This document shows positions 50,836 to 64,000 of a stretch of DNA of 64,000 bases, one piece after another (position 1 is the first letter of the stretch; the number at the start of each line of letters is the position of its first letter). Source of the DNA: Octopus sinensis (Eukaryota); the NCBI RefSeq assembly GCF_006345805.1, contig NC_043002.1, positions 35,836,001 through 35,900,000 on the forward strand. The letters run 5' to 3'. Position numbers and translations under genes: made by a program. A model generated the notes under the pieces. It made no database searches. It was not told where the DNA came from and was given only the letters and a program-made list of their open reading frames with translations.

Positions 50836-51111
50836 TTGGGTTGTTGTAGTGATATTACCAAATATTCATATACAAATTATTCTATATAAATAAGCGTTAA
50901 AGAATGAGATGTGTGTATTCACTAAATCTTATGCTACTCAAATTACTTTTTAGAACAATACGAAATATTTGTAATTTTTATAGTTATGATTTATATACAA
51001 AAAATATACAAAATTCATCAGATTTTCATCTAACCAAACCAAAAATAGAAAGTAATTATTATATTGTTCATATATGCATTATGTATATATCTATATCTAT
51101 CTATCTATCTA

Positions 51112-51159
<48 letters not shown>

Positions 51160-51529
51160 TAAATTTTAATCCTTTGAGGGGAGGGAGTAAAGGTTAAAGG
51201 AGTAAAAATATTCATAGCAATCGCGTAAGCATGCGTGCCCATACATACACTTGCACACCCATGTACATGTGCCTATATGTATATAATACTCATCCACCCT
51301 CACTTGAAACACACACATGCTTACCCACACATTCACCAAAAAATAAAAATATATACATACACGCTCGCACACACACACACACACATAAAAAGGTTCATAC
51401 ACACATGCACAAGAAAAAACAGAGCTAAAGGCAAAATACAGAAAAATGTATAAAAAAGTATAAAAGATAAGCAATAAGAATAAAAAGTAAAGGTGTAAAT
51501 ACTCTCATGGCGAATGTGTATGTCCATAC

Positions 51530-51780
51530 AGAAGGCTGCAACAGGCTCCAGTCTGATCTGGCAGTATTTCTACAGCTGGATGCCCTTCCTAACACCAACC
51601 ACTCCATGAGTGTAGTGGTTGCTTTTAACGTGCCACCGGCACAGGCGCCAAGGGAGGCTGGCAATAGCCATGATCGGTTGGTGCTTTTTACGTGCCTCTG
51701 GCATGGAAGCCAGTCAAGGTGGCACTGGCATTGGCCACATTCAAATGGTGCCTTTTATGTGCCATCGACACAAGTATCAC
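51530..51780 (-). mobile_element. RTE 3' UTR copy
   Basis: ttctacagctggatgcccttcctaacaccaaccactcc...cttttaacgtgccaccggcac. Confidence 0.72.
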
Positions 51781-52119
51781 AACTACAATTTCTATTTGAT
51801 TTTTATTTTGATGTTGATGTACTTGACTCACAAATATATATATATACATTTATATATATAGTGATCTGATTTGATTTAATGTAGTTCAGCTCATGAGCTG
51901 TGGCCATGCTGGGGCACTGCCATTTGATGTTGCTACATAATTTTATTTCACAGGTGCTTTTTAGGAATTAACACTTAAAATCACCAAACAAATAAATAAT
52001 ATTACCAAAAATACACAAGTCATTGGAAGAGCTTTTAGATATATTAGAAGAAACAATGAGGGAAGTATCTTTTCTACCCAATAGACTTGATATTAGATAA
52101 TGTATATGAACACCCAAAA

Positions 52120-53500
52120 ATAAAGCCAGCCATGATAGCAGCAAAATTATTTAGAAATACTAATAGTAGCCTGCACAACAGAAATACCCTTTTGCTAGTC
52201 TTGAGGCAAGATCTGTAAACAAAAAACAAGTAGCTATGAGTTCTTCCCTTGGGCCTGCATTTACTTCATTCTACCTAGCTTCACTAGAAAACAAAATAAT
52301 ACCTAAACACTAACATACAGTATACACTAGATACGTAGAAGATATACTTGTAATGGATACATCAGAATAATACCGAGAAATTTAAAGGCGGACCTAGAGA
52401 ACAAATCAATCCTAAAACTTTACATTCAAAACAATCTTCATATGACTCCATTTCTAAACATTACATTCAGATTAAAAACAATTGATACATTACATCAGTA
52501 TCAGTTTACACAAAAGACACAAATGAATGCATATGTTTACATGAAGATAGCAAAATTCCTCCATAACTACAAAATGTCAGTGGTAAATCACTTCTTAGAG
52601 AAGGATCTAGATTCTCTTCCACAAATGAAGACACTAGATAAAAGAAATCCACAAAATAAAACAAACTATATTTACCAAGATATTCAAACAGGCTAGTAGA
52701 CCAAGCTATTGATGAATGTAGACAGAAATACAATGCAACAATTAGATCAGACAGTACCCCTGTTAAAAATACACACATTACAAAGTGTATTATATGGATC
52801 AAATGTATATCAGGTATAGAGCCAATGAACACACTCAAAAATATAATAAAACAAAATACAAAATGCATTACAACAAACAATAAACTGACACTAGTAACAT
52901 ATTACAAGATCACAACCCTTCTTTTGACTTTGTTTCGATTACTTTCGAAAATAATCAAGAATTTAGTAAAATAAGTTTGTCATTCTTAAGCATGAATTAA
53001 CACGAAATTTTACAGAAGGTTTTAATTTAGATCACATTAAAACAGAAGCTTCTATCATTGACCCAGAAGCAGTCTTGGTCAAGTTAAGTTTATATCACCA
53101 CATGCATTGAAACTCAAATACAAACTTAACATGACCAATGTAATTTATAAAATTTGACTGTGAAAGTTGCAATTCCAACTGTTTCATTGGCCAAACAAGT
53201 ACAACACTCACTTGTAGGCTTACCATGTATTTAAAAGAAGGAGCAATTGCAACACTCTAAAACAGACCATAAAACAAAGCTTTATTATAGGAAATTATTA
53301 ACAGAAAACACTTCCCTACTTTATAGAATTCCCCATCACAACACAAGGTTACAAGTAATACATACATCACAAATGCAAATCTCATGCAGTAAAAATCTAA
53401 AGATCTGGCAAGAAAGTCTGTATAAATATAATCTGCTCATTATAAAAAGGGAAACATAGAAACCAATTCTGAGATGAAGTTGAGATACTTGAAAAATGTC
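52120..53500 (+). pseudogene. Penelope-like element 2: RT and GIY-YIG remnant, CpG-depleted
   Basis: VAMSSSLGPAFTSFYLASLENKI...YTRYVEDIL (cf. GVAMGSPLGP...RYVDD); SVYTKDTNECICL; NVIYKFDCESCNSNCFIGQTSTTLTCRLTM. Confidence 0.75.
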
Positions 53501-53758
53501 GATAAAGGTGAGTTTGGGAAGTTATTGTTCCAAACTATAAGAATCTGATATACAGAGATACAAGAAAATTTAATGAAAACTTGTTTAAAAGAAAAGCTGT
53601 TCTCCATAGATACAAATATACCTGTGTATGTGAGTGTGTGTGTTTAAATATACATATATGTATGTGTGTGTAGAGGTATATGTGTATGTCTGCAAACATG
53701 TATGTGTTTATAAATATAAATGCATGTTTGTATATATGTGTGTGTATGTATGCAGGTA

Positions 53759-55042
53759 TAGGGTGCAGTGAATAAATTGTTGTCTAAATTATGCAAAAAT
53801 GAAAATAACACTGACATCTCATTTTAACAGATATATTTATCAAAATTACATAAAAATATCTTGAAATACTAAAGAGTAAATTTATTCAATAAAATCGCCA
53901 TTGGTTTCAATCATGGCTTCCAGACAACTTTGGAATCTCCAGTAACTCTTCTGGACAATCTCCTTGTTCAAGCTGTAGAATGCTGCCATAATCCTTGCCT
54001 TCAGTTCATCTTTGATGTTAACAAGGAGTATTGTAAGTCTCTCGTTCAACTGCGCCCTACGCATATTAAGCAAGTAGGTTGCAGTCTGGGGAGTTAGGCA
54101 GCCAGATGTTAGGGGTGATGTGGTCACAGAAATTGTCTGACAGCCATGACTGGGTTCTTGTGCTTGTGTGGCATGGAGCAGAGCCCTGTTGCCAGACATA
54201 GGGTCTTCCAGCAACCATTCTTTTGAGCCAGGGCAGCACTACCTCCTACATGCACTTGATGTAGGCTTCTGTGTTGAGTCTGAGGCCGTGTGGGAAGATG
54301 AATGGAGGCATAACATCATCATCACAAGTGATCACTCCAAACACCATGATGTTAACTGGATGTTTGATTTTTATCACCCTCGGTACAATTTTTTAGGACA
54401 AAACAAGCCAATGATTGTTCCTTGTGTTCACCATCTGATCTTGGCAGAATTTTTTTTTGTCTGAGAAAAACCAAAGCCTGTTTGGTTGGAGGGGATGCAT
54501 GAGTTTGTTCAAAACCTTCATAGCACAGTCTTTCCTCTTGTCCTTGATGTCTTGGGATAAAAATTGGCCTTTTCCCATCTTGCACATCTTCATGCACTAC
54601 CTGCCTGATAAGAAACTCAGACACTCCCATGTCCCTGGTGATGGACCTTGGAGGGATTGTTGTCAATCATGGCCTGGATTTCACCAACAAAATCACGAGT
54701 TCTTTTCTTATCAGAACAATCAGAGTGAGTTTTCTGAGCTGCTGTACCTTCATAATCACCATTAGACTCACCCAACTGTTTCCGAATCCTCTACACTGTC
54801 CTCAGGTTGATATCCATTCACTCTGAAATGTTTGTACTGGACCTTCTGGCATAAATGCCAAGCAGTACAGCATGTCGTTTCCAAATTTCTGGCAGAGTGA
54901 ATTGCATCATGGTGCTGTTTTCCTCACAGACCATGCCCAACTGGCCCTACTATATTGTGTAGTTGACAAAATCAAAGACAAGCAATGGGCATGCACAAAA
55001 TTAAAAAATATAAAATGGTGACAATTTACCCATCACACCCTG
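53759..55042 (-). mobile_element. Tc1/mariner DD37D (maT-type) transposon, full length (1284 bp)
   Basis: Imperfect TIRs tagggtgcagtgaataaattgtt and acaatttacccatcacaccctg, TA on both sides. Confidence 0.88.
53882..54960 (-). pseudogene. Mariner DD37D transposase remnant
   Basis: LWFFSDKKKFCQDQMVN; MVFGVITCDDDVMPPFIFPHGLRLNTEAYIKC; PYVWQQGSAPCHTS; HITPNIWLPNSPDCN; RFQSCLEAMIETNGDFIE. Confidence 0.88.
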
Positions 55043-55089
55043 TATACACATATGTGTATATATGTATGCATACATATATGTGTGTGTGT

Positions 55090-55428
55090 GTATGTATATA
55101 TATATATAGTGAGGGCGCGTGGCTTAGTGGTTAGGGCATTCGGCTCATGATCGTAAGGTTGTGAGTTCGATTCCCGGCGACGCGTTGTGTCCTTGAGCAA
55201 GACACTTATTTCACGTTGCTCCAGTCCACTCAGCTGGCAAAAATGAGTTGTACTTGTATTTCAAAGGGTCAGCCTTGTCACTCTCTGTGTCACGCTGATA
55301 TCCCCGAGAACTACGTTAAGGTACACGTGTCTGTGGAATGCTCAGCCATTTGCACGTTAATTTCACGAGCAAGCTGTTCCGTTGATCGTATCAGCTGGGA
55401 CCCTCGTCGTCGTAACGGCGGAGTCTTT
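55090..55428 (+). mobile_element. tRNA-headed SINE family H, young full-length copy
   Basis: A box tggcttagtggttagg, B box gagttcgattccc, then ttgtgtccttgagcaagacactt; CpG retained; no 3' acceptor strand of a true tRNA. Confidence 0.85.
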
Positions 55429-55583
55429 AGATATATATATATATATATTATATATATATATATATATTATATATATGTATGTATGTATATCCATGTGTGT
55501 ATTTATATGTGTGTGTATGTGTGCATACACATATATATACAGGTTTGGTAGAATAAACTGGAAAAACAGAACTCAATACATGA

Positions 55584-55626
<43 letters not shown>

Positions 55627-56193
55627 TCAGTAGTAAGTTAGAAAAGTGACTAAACAGCATTTTCTCCTTTTGATATTTATTGGTAAATTAAGTCTATTTG
55701 CTGGATCTTTTATAAAGTGTTGTTGGTAATTGTTGGATAACATTCTCATAAGCCCTTAGTGAAGTATTCTTGGTGAAATCTTTCCCCTTTTTGCTATATA
55801 ATGTTATTAGTAGTGAAACAGTTGAGTGATTTTTCATATTGATATGTGTATAATATTTCACATGCTCATACTAAAGTAAGTGTACTTTTCCGGTTTACAA
55901 TACTGTTATTTAATCTTTGAATGTGGTTTGTCTTGGACTGACATCAACATAGAACCTTTCTGTTTGTGTTAATAGAGTAATAATTTTAGATATGATATTA
56001 TGCAATGTTTAAATCCCTCAAATTTTTCCTCATTTTTACCACTGCACCAAAATCTTGCAGACTTTGTCTGCCTCTCTTTTTTATCAGTTTCCATAGCATA
56101 TTTTTTGTGGTTAAATGTAAATCAGGAAGTTGAATAACCAATCCCCCAAACTTCTTAATTCAATTAGATTTGTTGGACATTTAAAGTGAGTTA

Positions 56194-56285
56194 TATTATC
56201 TTCCGTTGGTTTTAACTAATATTATAATATTATCTTCCATTGGTTTTAACTAATATTATAATATTATCTTCCATTGGTTTTAACT
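56194..56285. repeat. 34-bp tandem repeat, about 2.7 copies
   Basis: Unit tattatcttccattggttttaactaatattataa. Confidence 0.92.
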
Positions 56286-58389
56286 CCTCAGTTGAATCAA
56301 TGAAGTCGAAATATTCTGTCATTTCACCACACCATAAATACATTTATTGTGATCTAATATGTGGTTGTTGTTATGTAATATTGTTAAGCACCAATTTAGT
56401 GTCATGTCATGGTCTTTGCTTGACTAGAATATCATATACATTATTACTTATGTTAGGCTCAAATTTGAAAAGCTTGATAATAATTACCTAAGATTACATA
56501 AAAGAAATTTCAAGAACCAAACATTTGAACTAATATAATCTGCTATGTGTGTCTTATGTATAGTCATGCATAGAGGCAATTGAACATTAAACTGAGAGAA
56601 CATTCAATACATTTGAGTATAAAATTTATTTCATTTTTGTATTGAGTTGGCAAGATTCTTTGATGTGAACTCGTGTGTTGGAATAGATTTTGTCATACCT
56701 CAGGAGGGTCATTATGCCAATAATAAACACATGTACTGGTTTTATTTCACTTTCTTTTGTTAATATTAGTCAACTAGTTGACCATGTAACCAATTAACTA
56801 ATTGCCTGTTTGATTAATCATTTGGTCAATCAATCAGCAAGATTTTTGCAGACTTCTTTCATTGCCATTTGTGACCTCATCAGGTTTGTCTGTCTACTAG
56901 ATTACTGATTCTATGAGTCATTAAATTATAATTTGGTTTGTACCATCCCCAAAATAAGTAAAGCTGGACTTGAATGTCTATACATGCATGCACTCCCCCT
57001 CCCCGTCCATTCAAAAAGTCAGACACTAACCATAAATAAGATGTTTGACCACTTTCGCCTTTCACAGAACCTACGCCAATCCCTACCATACACAAATAGA
57101 ACACATGTGTACACATGCACATGTGCACACAGTCTCTCTCTCTCACACACACACATGCACACTTTCTTTCTCACCCTTACAAGCATTTTCACTTGAATCT
57201 TTGCTGGATCTTCAATATTTACTTAAGTTTTTTTTTAAGATGGTAGGGTGTGATTTGAAGATTTGGTTACTATTTCTTGCAGATCAAGCAGCCAATTAGA
57301 TGCAGGGTATGTGAGAGGAGGATCCTTTTTGTACTAAGGGCAAATTACAAATCTGTGAAACGTATCTCTGCTGAGGAAAAATAGCGAATCTTTCTAATTT
57401 TAAAAATTCATAGGTATACAACTTCAGTTGCTGTTTAAGACTTTAGGCTTAAATCATTTTTCAAACGTGAATGCGCTCAAAATTTTGTCAACAGGCAAGA
57501 GGTTCCTCATTCCTTTTTTAGAATATGTTTCATTGGCATGTGTGTATATAGGAAAGAACATCTTCAAAAACATGCACTTGTCACCTCTTCTGTTCTGACT
57601 ATACTTGCTTTAGTAAATAAACAGACCTAACTTACGTCAAAATCAAAGACATATTCAATTTACATATTGCAAAGATGTAAAAAAATATTAATGCATTGTA
57701 ATATATTCTTGTTTTCATATCAGAGGAACGTGCATATGGCTGGACTTAACAGTCTGTTGTCTTGCAAATATCAAAAACTAACGTAATTGTCGTCGATATC
57801 GTTCCATATTTGAAATGTATAGCAAAATAATATTGTCGATGCCAGTGTAATATTTGTGCATCTACACTATAATGTAGAGAAACTGATTTTCATGCTCTCA
57901 TATGGTATGTATATGTTTGCTCTTACTGCGTAGTATGTATATGTAAGTAACTGTGTGTGTTTACATCTATACATACTACTGTGTTGGCGTGTGGTTATAT
58001 TCTGTTCTCAGTATTCATATACGTGTTTTTTACATTACTCTGTTTACATATTCTCTGAGCGCGTGTGCGGCCTGACGGCCCTTAATGTTTATCTTTGTAT
58101 TCGTCTATTGTTTACTCTGTACGTCCATTCTGCCGTTGTTTGTTCCCTCGAGGTTCTGACTCTCCAGAAATTTTATATTTCAAAAATTTCTGGAAGCTGC
58201 TGTTTATGAACTTTACCTATATTGTCGTTGATGTTCGAAATAGGTAGTAATTAACAGTTGACAACTGAGGGGGAGATAGACTTTTTTTTGATAATTTGTC
58301 CTGTACTTGTCTCTCATGTGTTTACGTAATTTTCACTCTTTGGTGATGTCCTGTACTTGATGTATCATATATATATATTATATACACAT

Positions 58390-58512
58390 GGTTCCGGGTT
58401 CAGTCCCACTGCGTGGCACCTTGGGCAAGTGCCTTCTACTATAGCCTCGGGCCAACCAAAGCCTTATGAGTGGATTTGGTAGACGGAAACTGAAAGAAGC
58501 CCGTCGAATATA

Positions 58513-58581
<69 letters not shown>

Positions 58582-58798
58582 GTATATGTATATGTTTGTG
58601 TGTCTGTGTTTGTCCCCCCAACATTGCTTGACAACCGATACTGGTGTGTTTATGTCCCCGTAATCTAGCGGTTCGGCAAAAGAAAACGATAGAATAAGTA
58701 CTAGGCTTACAAAGAATAAGTCCTGGGGGCGATTTGCTCGACTAAAGGCGGTGCTCCAGCATGGCCACAATCAAATGACTGAAACAAGTAAAAGAGTA
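58390..58798 (+). mobile_element. SINE family A, near full length with internal (TA)n
   Basis: gttccgggttcagtcccactgcgtggcaccttgggcaagtg...aaaggcggtgctccagcatggccac...gactgaaacaagtaaaaga. Confidence 0.82.
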
Positions 58799-59085
58799 TA
58801 TATACATACATACACACATATATATAGATATAAGTATATATACACATACATATGTGTGTGTATTTGCATATATATATACACACACATATATACATATATA
58901 CAAATATATATATACATACTAACATACATTCATACATATATGTGTGTATATATATATACACGCACATATATATGTATGTATATCTGTGTAGATGTGTGTG
59001 TGTATGTATATATATTTATCTCTCTCTCTATATATATACACACACACACATAATTGGCAAAAAGAAATGACCATCCCCAAGTATA

Positions 59086-59128
<43 letters not shown>

Positions 59129-60687
59129 TTATATACGCACACTCGTACACATAATATGGATATTGTGTTGTGGTTAAGCAGTTCGATTCTCGATCATAAA
59201 GCTCTTTCTGGTTCGATCCTTCTGTCTTCTAACATACGCTTATAGTCGACCCAGGCTTTGTGTGAAGACAAAAACTGTGTAGAAATCCATTTGATTGACT
59301 ATAACCGTGTTTTCAAAGAGCCAATCGCATTTTAAGAGTACAAAGTACCTGGAAAACGCAGCCACTTTTATTATAATTCATAGAGTAAGATGTTCGATTG
59401 ATCTAACAACTAGGATACTCATCGTTGAGTCGGAAGGATCCATTTATTACTGTACGTATGTTTACACGATACTGAATGTGCGTATTTACATCTTGTTAAC
59501 GTGTTTACATTATACCTTATAATTGTGTTTACATTTTCTGTAATGCATATGTTGAGAGCGTGTGTTTTCTTGTTATTAAATAATCAGTTCTAAAGTCATT
59601 CTCGGTGCAATATTAAAATGAATTACTTAGATATATGCATCCATACATATTTATAAAAGCACAAATACCATATTGTGTCTGTCGTGTATTTCAAGTTTGT
59701 TGCCATTTTATGTATTAGTAAGCGTGTAATTTATTAAATATCCTTTTGTCCCGTCTCAGCCCTGGGCAAGTAGCCCTAGCTGTGACCAGCCCCGCCTTTT
59801 TTTGTATATCTAGGACTACCCTGAAGAAAGTTTTTATTTATTTTTTTTTTTAAGGTAACTGTGGGAAAATGTTTCATCGAAAGATCGCTGAATGGCGATC
59901 TTCAGATTATTATTGAACTGCTATTTCTGGTAGATCGAGGTGAGAGTAGAGGATCCAGTTGGTTTGCTCTGTTCAGTAATGCTAGGTCAACACGAATCAA
60001 GCAAACTGTTGATGAATAGCATTCCAACTGTAACCACCTCGTCAGTTTAAAGGCATATCTATTTTCCAGCAGGTATATGTACCTAGCTCTAAAGATCATT
60101 TTGTTCTTTTCTTTTTAAGATGAAAGACTCATATATCTAACCTTGTATTATGTTTTACATTATACCGTGTATGTTTCTGTGTATGCTTTTCATCCACCTT
60201 TAATTCTAGTTTACTGTGTGTGTGCATGAGTGCGTAATGTAAACAGACTGTAAACATAAACTATGCATATCTCATATGCATATATTTTGTGTGGACACAC
60301 GCGCACGGATGTACATTGTACACACAGACACAACCGTGCACATTCCCTACTCATGCATTTATATGTATTTGAACAAGGGAGTTTTATGGTTTATGCCATT
60401 CCGTTTTCATAGTTTATAGACTTGTGAAACTTTTTCGTTATTTTACACCTGTATCTTTGTTTAAATTCAGTACATTGTGTTGACATACTGTCTGGTAAAG
60501 GGCAATAAATCATACCATTATGTATATTTGTAAGTTTGTTATTGTGTAACTGTCAATCCATGCGTATATGTTTGCGCGCGCGTGTGTGTGTATGTATGTA
60601 TGTATGTATGTGTGTATTATATATGTATACCTAGATAGATAGATAGACAAACTGACAGGCAGACAGATGTATATGTATACATATAGA

Positions 60688-60720
<33 letters not shown>

Positions 60721-60952
60721 TACATTACATATATATATTATATATGTATATTACATAATATAAATCACATTATATATATATACATACACATATATATATA
60801 TATACATATATACACACACACACACACACAATATATATATATATACACACACATATATATATACATACATACATACATACATATATATATAAAGGAATAT
60901 ATATATATATATCATGTAAGCGGACGCTAAATGATATATATATATATATTCC

Positions 60953-61130
60953 TTTCTTCTCTAGGCACAAGGCTCGAAATATTTGTGGAGGGGCCCAGTC
61001 GATTATTAGATCGACCCTAGTAGGCACCTAGTATTTAACTTATCGACCCCGAAAGGATGAAAGGCAGAGTTGACCTTGGTGCAGTTTGAACTCAGAACGT
61101 AACAACAGACGAAATATTGCCAAGCATTTA
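60953..61130 (-). mobile_element. SINE family B copy
   Basis: ttatcgaccccgaaaggatgaaaggcagagttgaccttgg...gaactcagaacgtaac. Confidence 0.78.
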
Positions 61131-61499
61131 TATTACATTATATACATATATATATATATATATTATATATATATACATGCATCTATATATGTGTGTGTAT
61201 ATGTATATACACACACACACACATATATACACATACATATATGGTGTATTCAAAGGTGTGCACAGACATATAGGCAGAATAGTTAAATTTGGTTCATTTT
61301 CCATGGGTTCGCAAATGAGATTTGAGTCCAGCAAAAGAAAGGCATGGTCTGTCGCATGGTCGGGTCGTCAGCGACTAAACTGGCAACCCCCACCAGGCTT
61401 GCTTGATGAGGAGAGTGTTGTTGGACAAACCTGCTGGATGAAAAATAAGACCTGTCAAAGGGCGGATGAACTCCTGAACAGTCAAATGCCATCCAACAA

Positions 61500-61650
61500 A
61501 GAGTGAGAGAAAGTTGTGGTGAAAGAGTACAGCAGGGTTCACCACCATCCTCTGCTGAAGCCTCATGGGGCTTTAGGTGTTTTTTGCTCAATAAACACAA
61601 TGCGAAGTCTGGGAATCCTATAACTGCGAGTCCGCTGCCCTACCCACTGG
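61500..61650 (-). mobile_element. Probable tRNA-headed SINE fragment
   Basis: Reverse complement starts cccagtgggtagggcagcggactcgcag (A-box-like), then ttgtgtttattgagc. Confidence 0.45.
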
Positions 61651-61892
61651 GTATGTATATATATATATATATACACACATATAGATATACATACATATAT
61701 ATATATATGTATGTATATCTATATGTGTGTGTGTATAATATATATTACATTTTATATATATATATATATATATATGTATTACATTATATATATGTATATA
61801 TTACATTTGATATATTTTTTTATTCTTTTACTTATTTCTGTCTTTCGACTGCAGCCATGCTGGGGCGCCGCCTATATATAACATTATATATA

Positions 61893-61978
<86 letters not shown>

Positions 61979-62219
61979 TATGTATATAACATTGTGTGCG
62001 TGTGTTTGTGTTTGTTCTTCCAACATTGCTTGACTACCATTTTCCATGCTACCATCATTTTAACATCCACTGTTGCTGATGATGATGATAAAAATATATA
62101 TGTGTGTATGTGTGTGTGTGTGTATACACATGTATATATAGACGCATACACTCATTCGTATGCACACCTACACACATATCATATATATCCTTAGTTAAGG
62201 TCCATTGTCCATACATATG

Positions 62220-62600
62220 TATGTATATAAACTTTCCACACACACATGACTGGCTTCCACAAAGTTTCCATATACCAGATTCTTTCACAAAATAATGGTC
62301 ATTGCAAAGCTATAGTAGAAGACCTTTGCCCAAGATAGTGCACAGTGGTATGTGTGCATGTCTGTGTGCACCCTTGTCTTTACATCACGTGGTGGTTGTC
62401 AATGAGCTTCTCTATCATCCAAATAATGTTATTCCTTTCCATTATCGTGCAAAGAACATCTGGCCATGGGAAATATTACCTCTGTTAGAAATCGATGAAA
62501 GTTGACAGCAGGAAAGACATCTCTGTAGAAAATCTTCCGCAGCAAATTCCATCTGACTGATGCAAGCATGGATAAGTGGGCTTCTAATACTGATGAAATG
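62220..62600. mobile_element. SINE A head (minus strand) adjoining a (GAT)-tailed retroposon 3' end (+ strand)
   Basis: ggcttccacaaagtttcc...ctatagtagaagacctttgcccaag; gtagaaaatcttccgcagcaaattccatctgactgatgcaagcatgga. Confidence 0.5.
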
Positions 62601-63429
62601 ATATTGATATATATGTATAAGGAATTTATGTATGTGTGTGGTATTGTATTTTTTTAGTTGCCATGTACAGAGGAACAAATATTGCCTTCAGTCTCTGGAG
62701 TTCCTCAGAGATTGGTGAAATTTGTATTATTAACATTTCATTTAAACAGAGGCAAGTCTACTGTAGGAATGAGCAAGGAGGAAACTCTTGAGGCTGATAC
62801 TTTGGGGAAGTTAAACTAGGCATAGTTGGTAAGTGCAGGACCAGATAAGGTTGAACACAAAATGAATGATAAGAAGAGATGAAACAGCTTAGTTAGGGTT
62901 GCTTGAGTTAACATGAGACAGCCTGTTCCAGAGAACAGAGGCCATTGTAGTAAGCATAGGAAAAATGAAATGAAGAGAGTTTATCTATGCTTCATATGTA
63001 GGAGCGTGTCTGTAAGTATATAAATATAAATAGACATACATGTGTTGTGTTTGTTTTAGGTGTTAATTAACTGGTGAGGGGAGTGTGGTACTTACTGCTT
63101 GTGTGTATTTATGTGTGATGTTGGTATTTCTTAATTACATTGTACAACTTTTGTTTATATATATACACACACACTCTCCCACTCATTCATTCACATGCAA
63201 TCTAAATATAAGCTGTATGGTTTAAAACTTACTATTAAAGGCACATGAGCATATGTTATTGTCTTTGAAAGGGTGGTTAAAATAAAAACGTACAAAACAT
63301 TTGCTTGTACCTGTGATGTCTGTTGACTCTTTAAGGCAAATTTTTGAGTGGAACTTGACACTATTCCTAGAAATGTTTATCAAGCAAATCCTAGGGAATA
63401 AAGAAAATTATTGAGTTCCTATTTATATA

Positions 63430-63965
63430 TTTACCTATTTGCAATGGTGTTAGTGTTTGTTATGGGGGTTGTTTTGTTGTTAATATTTGTAGTGGTGACA
63501 TTTTCAGTAGTTGTTGGTGTGTAGTTGTGTTTGTAGCCATAGTAATGTTGGCATTGAGAGTATTGATTGTCTTAGAATGAATATTGGGAGTGGTGACAGT
63601 GGGATAAGAGTGGTAGTGCTAGTGGTGTAAATGGTAGTGGGAGTATTAGCAATTGTAGTGTTGATGGTGGCATTATTGTTCATTGTTGTTGTAGTGGTGT
63701 TAGTGTACCAGTGTTGTGGTGTTACTGATCAGTGTGATGGTGATGAGAGCAATAGTAACAGTGTAGTATTGGCAATAGTAGTGTTTTTGATAGTAGGATA
63801 TAATTGACAGTTGTTATGCTGGAGTATTACTGTTCATGGTAGTAGCATAGTATTGATAGACGTTGTATTGGTGTGATAATAATGGCAGTGTTGGTAATAG
63901 TAGGGTCAAATTGGTGATGGAGTTATTCTTTAGTGTAGTGACGGTTGTGGTGTTGTTTATTGTAG
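63430..63965. repeat. Degenerate (TAG/TGG/TTG)n low-complexity tract
   Basis: GT-rich triplet periodicity with frame slips. Confidence 0.8.
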
Positions 63966-64000
63966 CATCTGTTCAGAGCAGGAATTCATAAATCCACCCC

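Noticed and set aside
55090-55170. tRNA-like sequence with A and B boxes and a CAT triplet in the loop
   Set aside because: No complementary 3' acceptor strand; it runs into a SINE body shared with 35385-35527, so it is a SINE head and not a tRNA gene.
58167-58200. tccagaaattt/aaatttctgga 11-bp hairpin
   Set aside because: Short and AT-rich, with no supporting context.
63430-63965. Thr-rich mucin-like ORF on the minus strand
   Set aside because: The triplet phase slips repeatedly and stops occur; it is a degenerate microsatellite.

Overview
AT-rich, microsatellite-dense eukaryotic DNA made almost entirely of transposon remnants. The SINE and RTE-tail sequences, (TA)n/(CA)n/(TACA)n density and TTAGGG repeats resemble an octopus (coleoid cephalopod) genome; this comes from my recollection of those repeats, not a database search. 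I found no confidently identifiable host protein-coding exon, rRNA, tRNA or CRISPR array, and most ORF-track entries are microsatellite translations. Supported elements: an internally deleted Ty3/Gypsy LTR element nested in a SINE (GTAC target-site duplication, TSD), two Penelope-like elements (RT + GIY-YIG), a CR1/L2-type LINE RT remnant, RTE LINE 3' ends, a pogo/Tigger transposon, a DD37D (maT-type) mariner, a Helitron helicase remnant with several non-autonomous Helitron-like elements, hAT and other MITEs, and many SINEs. The most interesting signals are: (1) a variant minimal hammerhead-ribozyme motif in tandem ~190-nt Penelope-LTR-like units; (2) recurrent fold-back inversions centred on (TA)n tracts; (3) a sharp CpG-depleted domain from about 45.6 to 57.7 kb.
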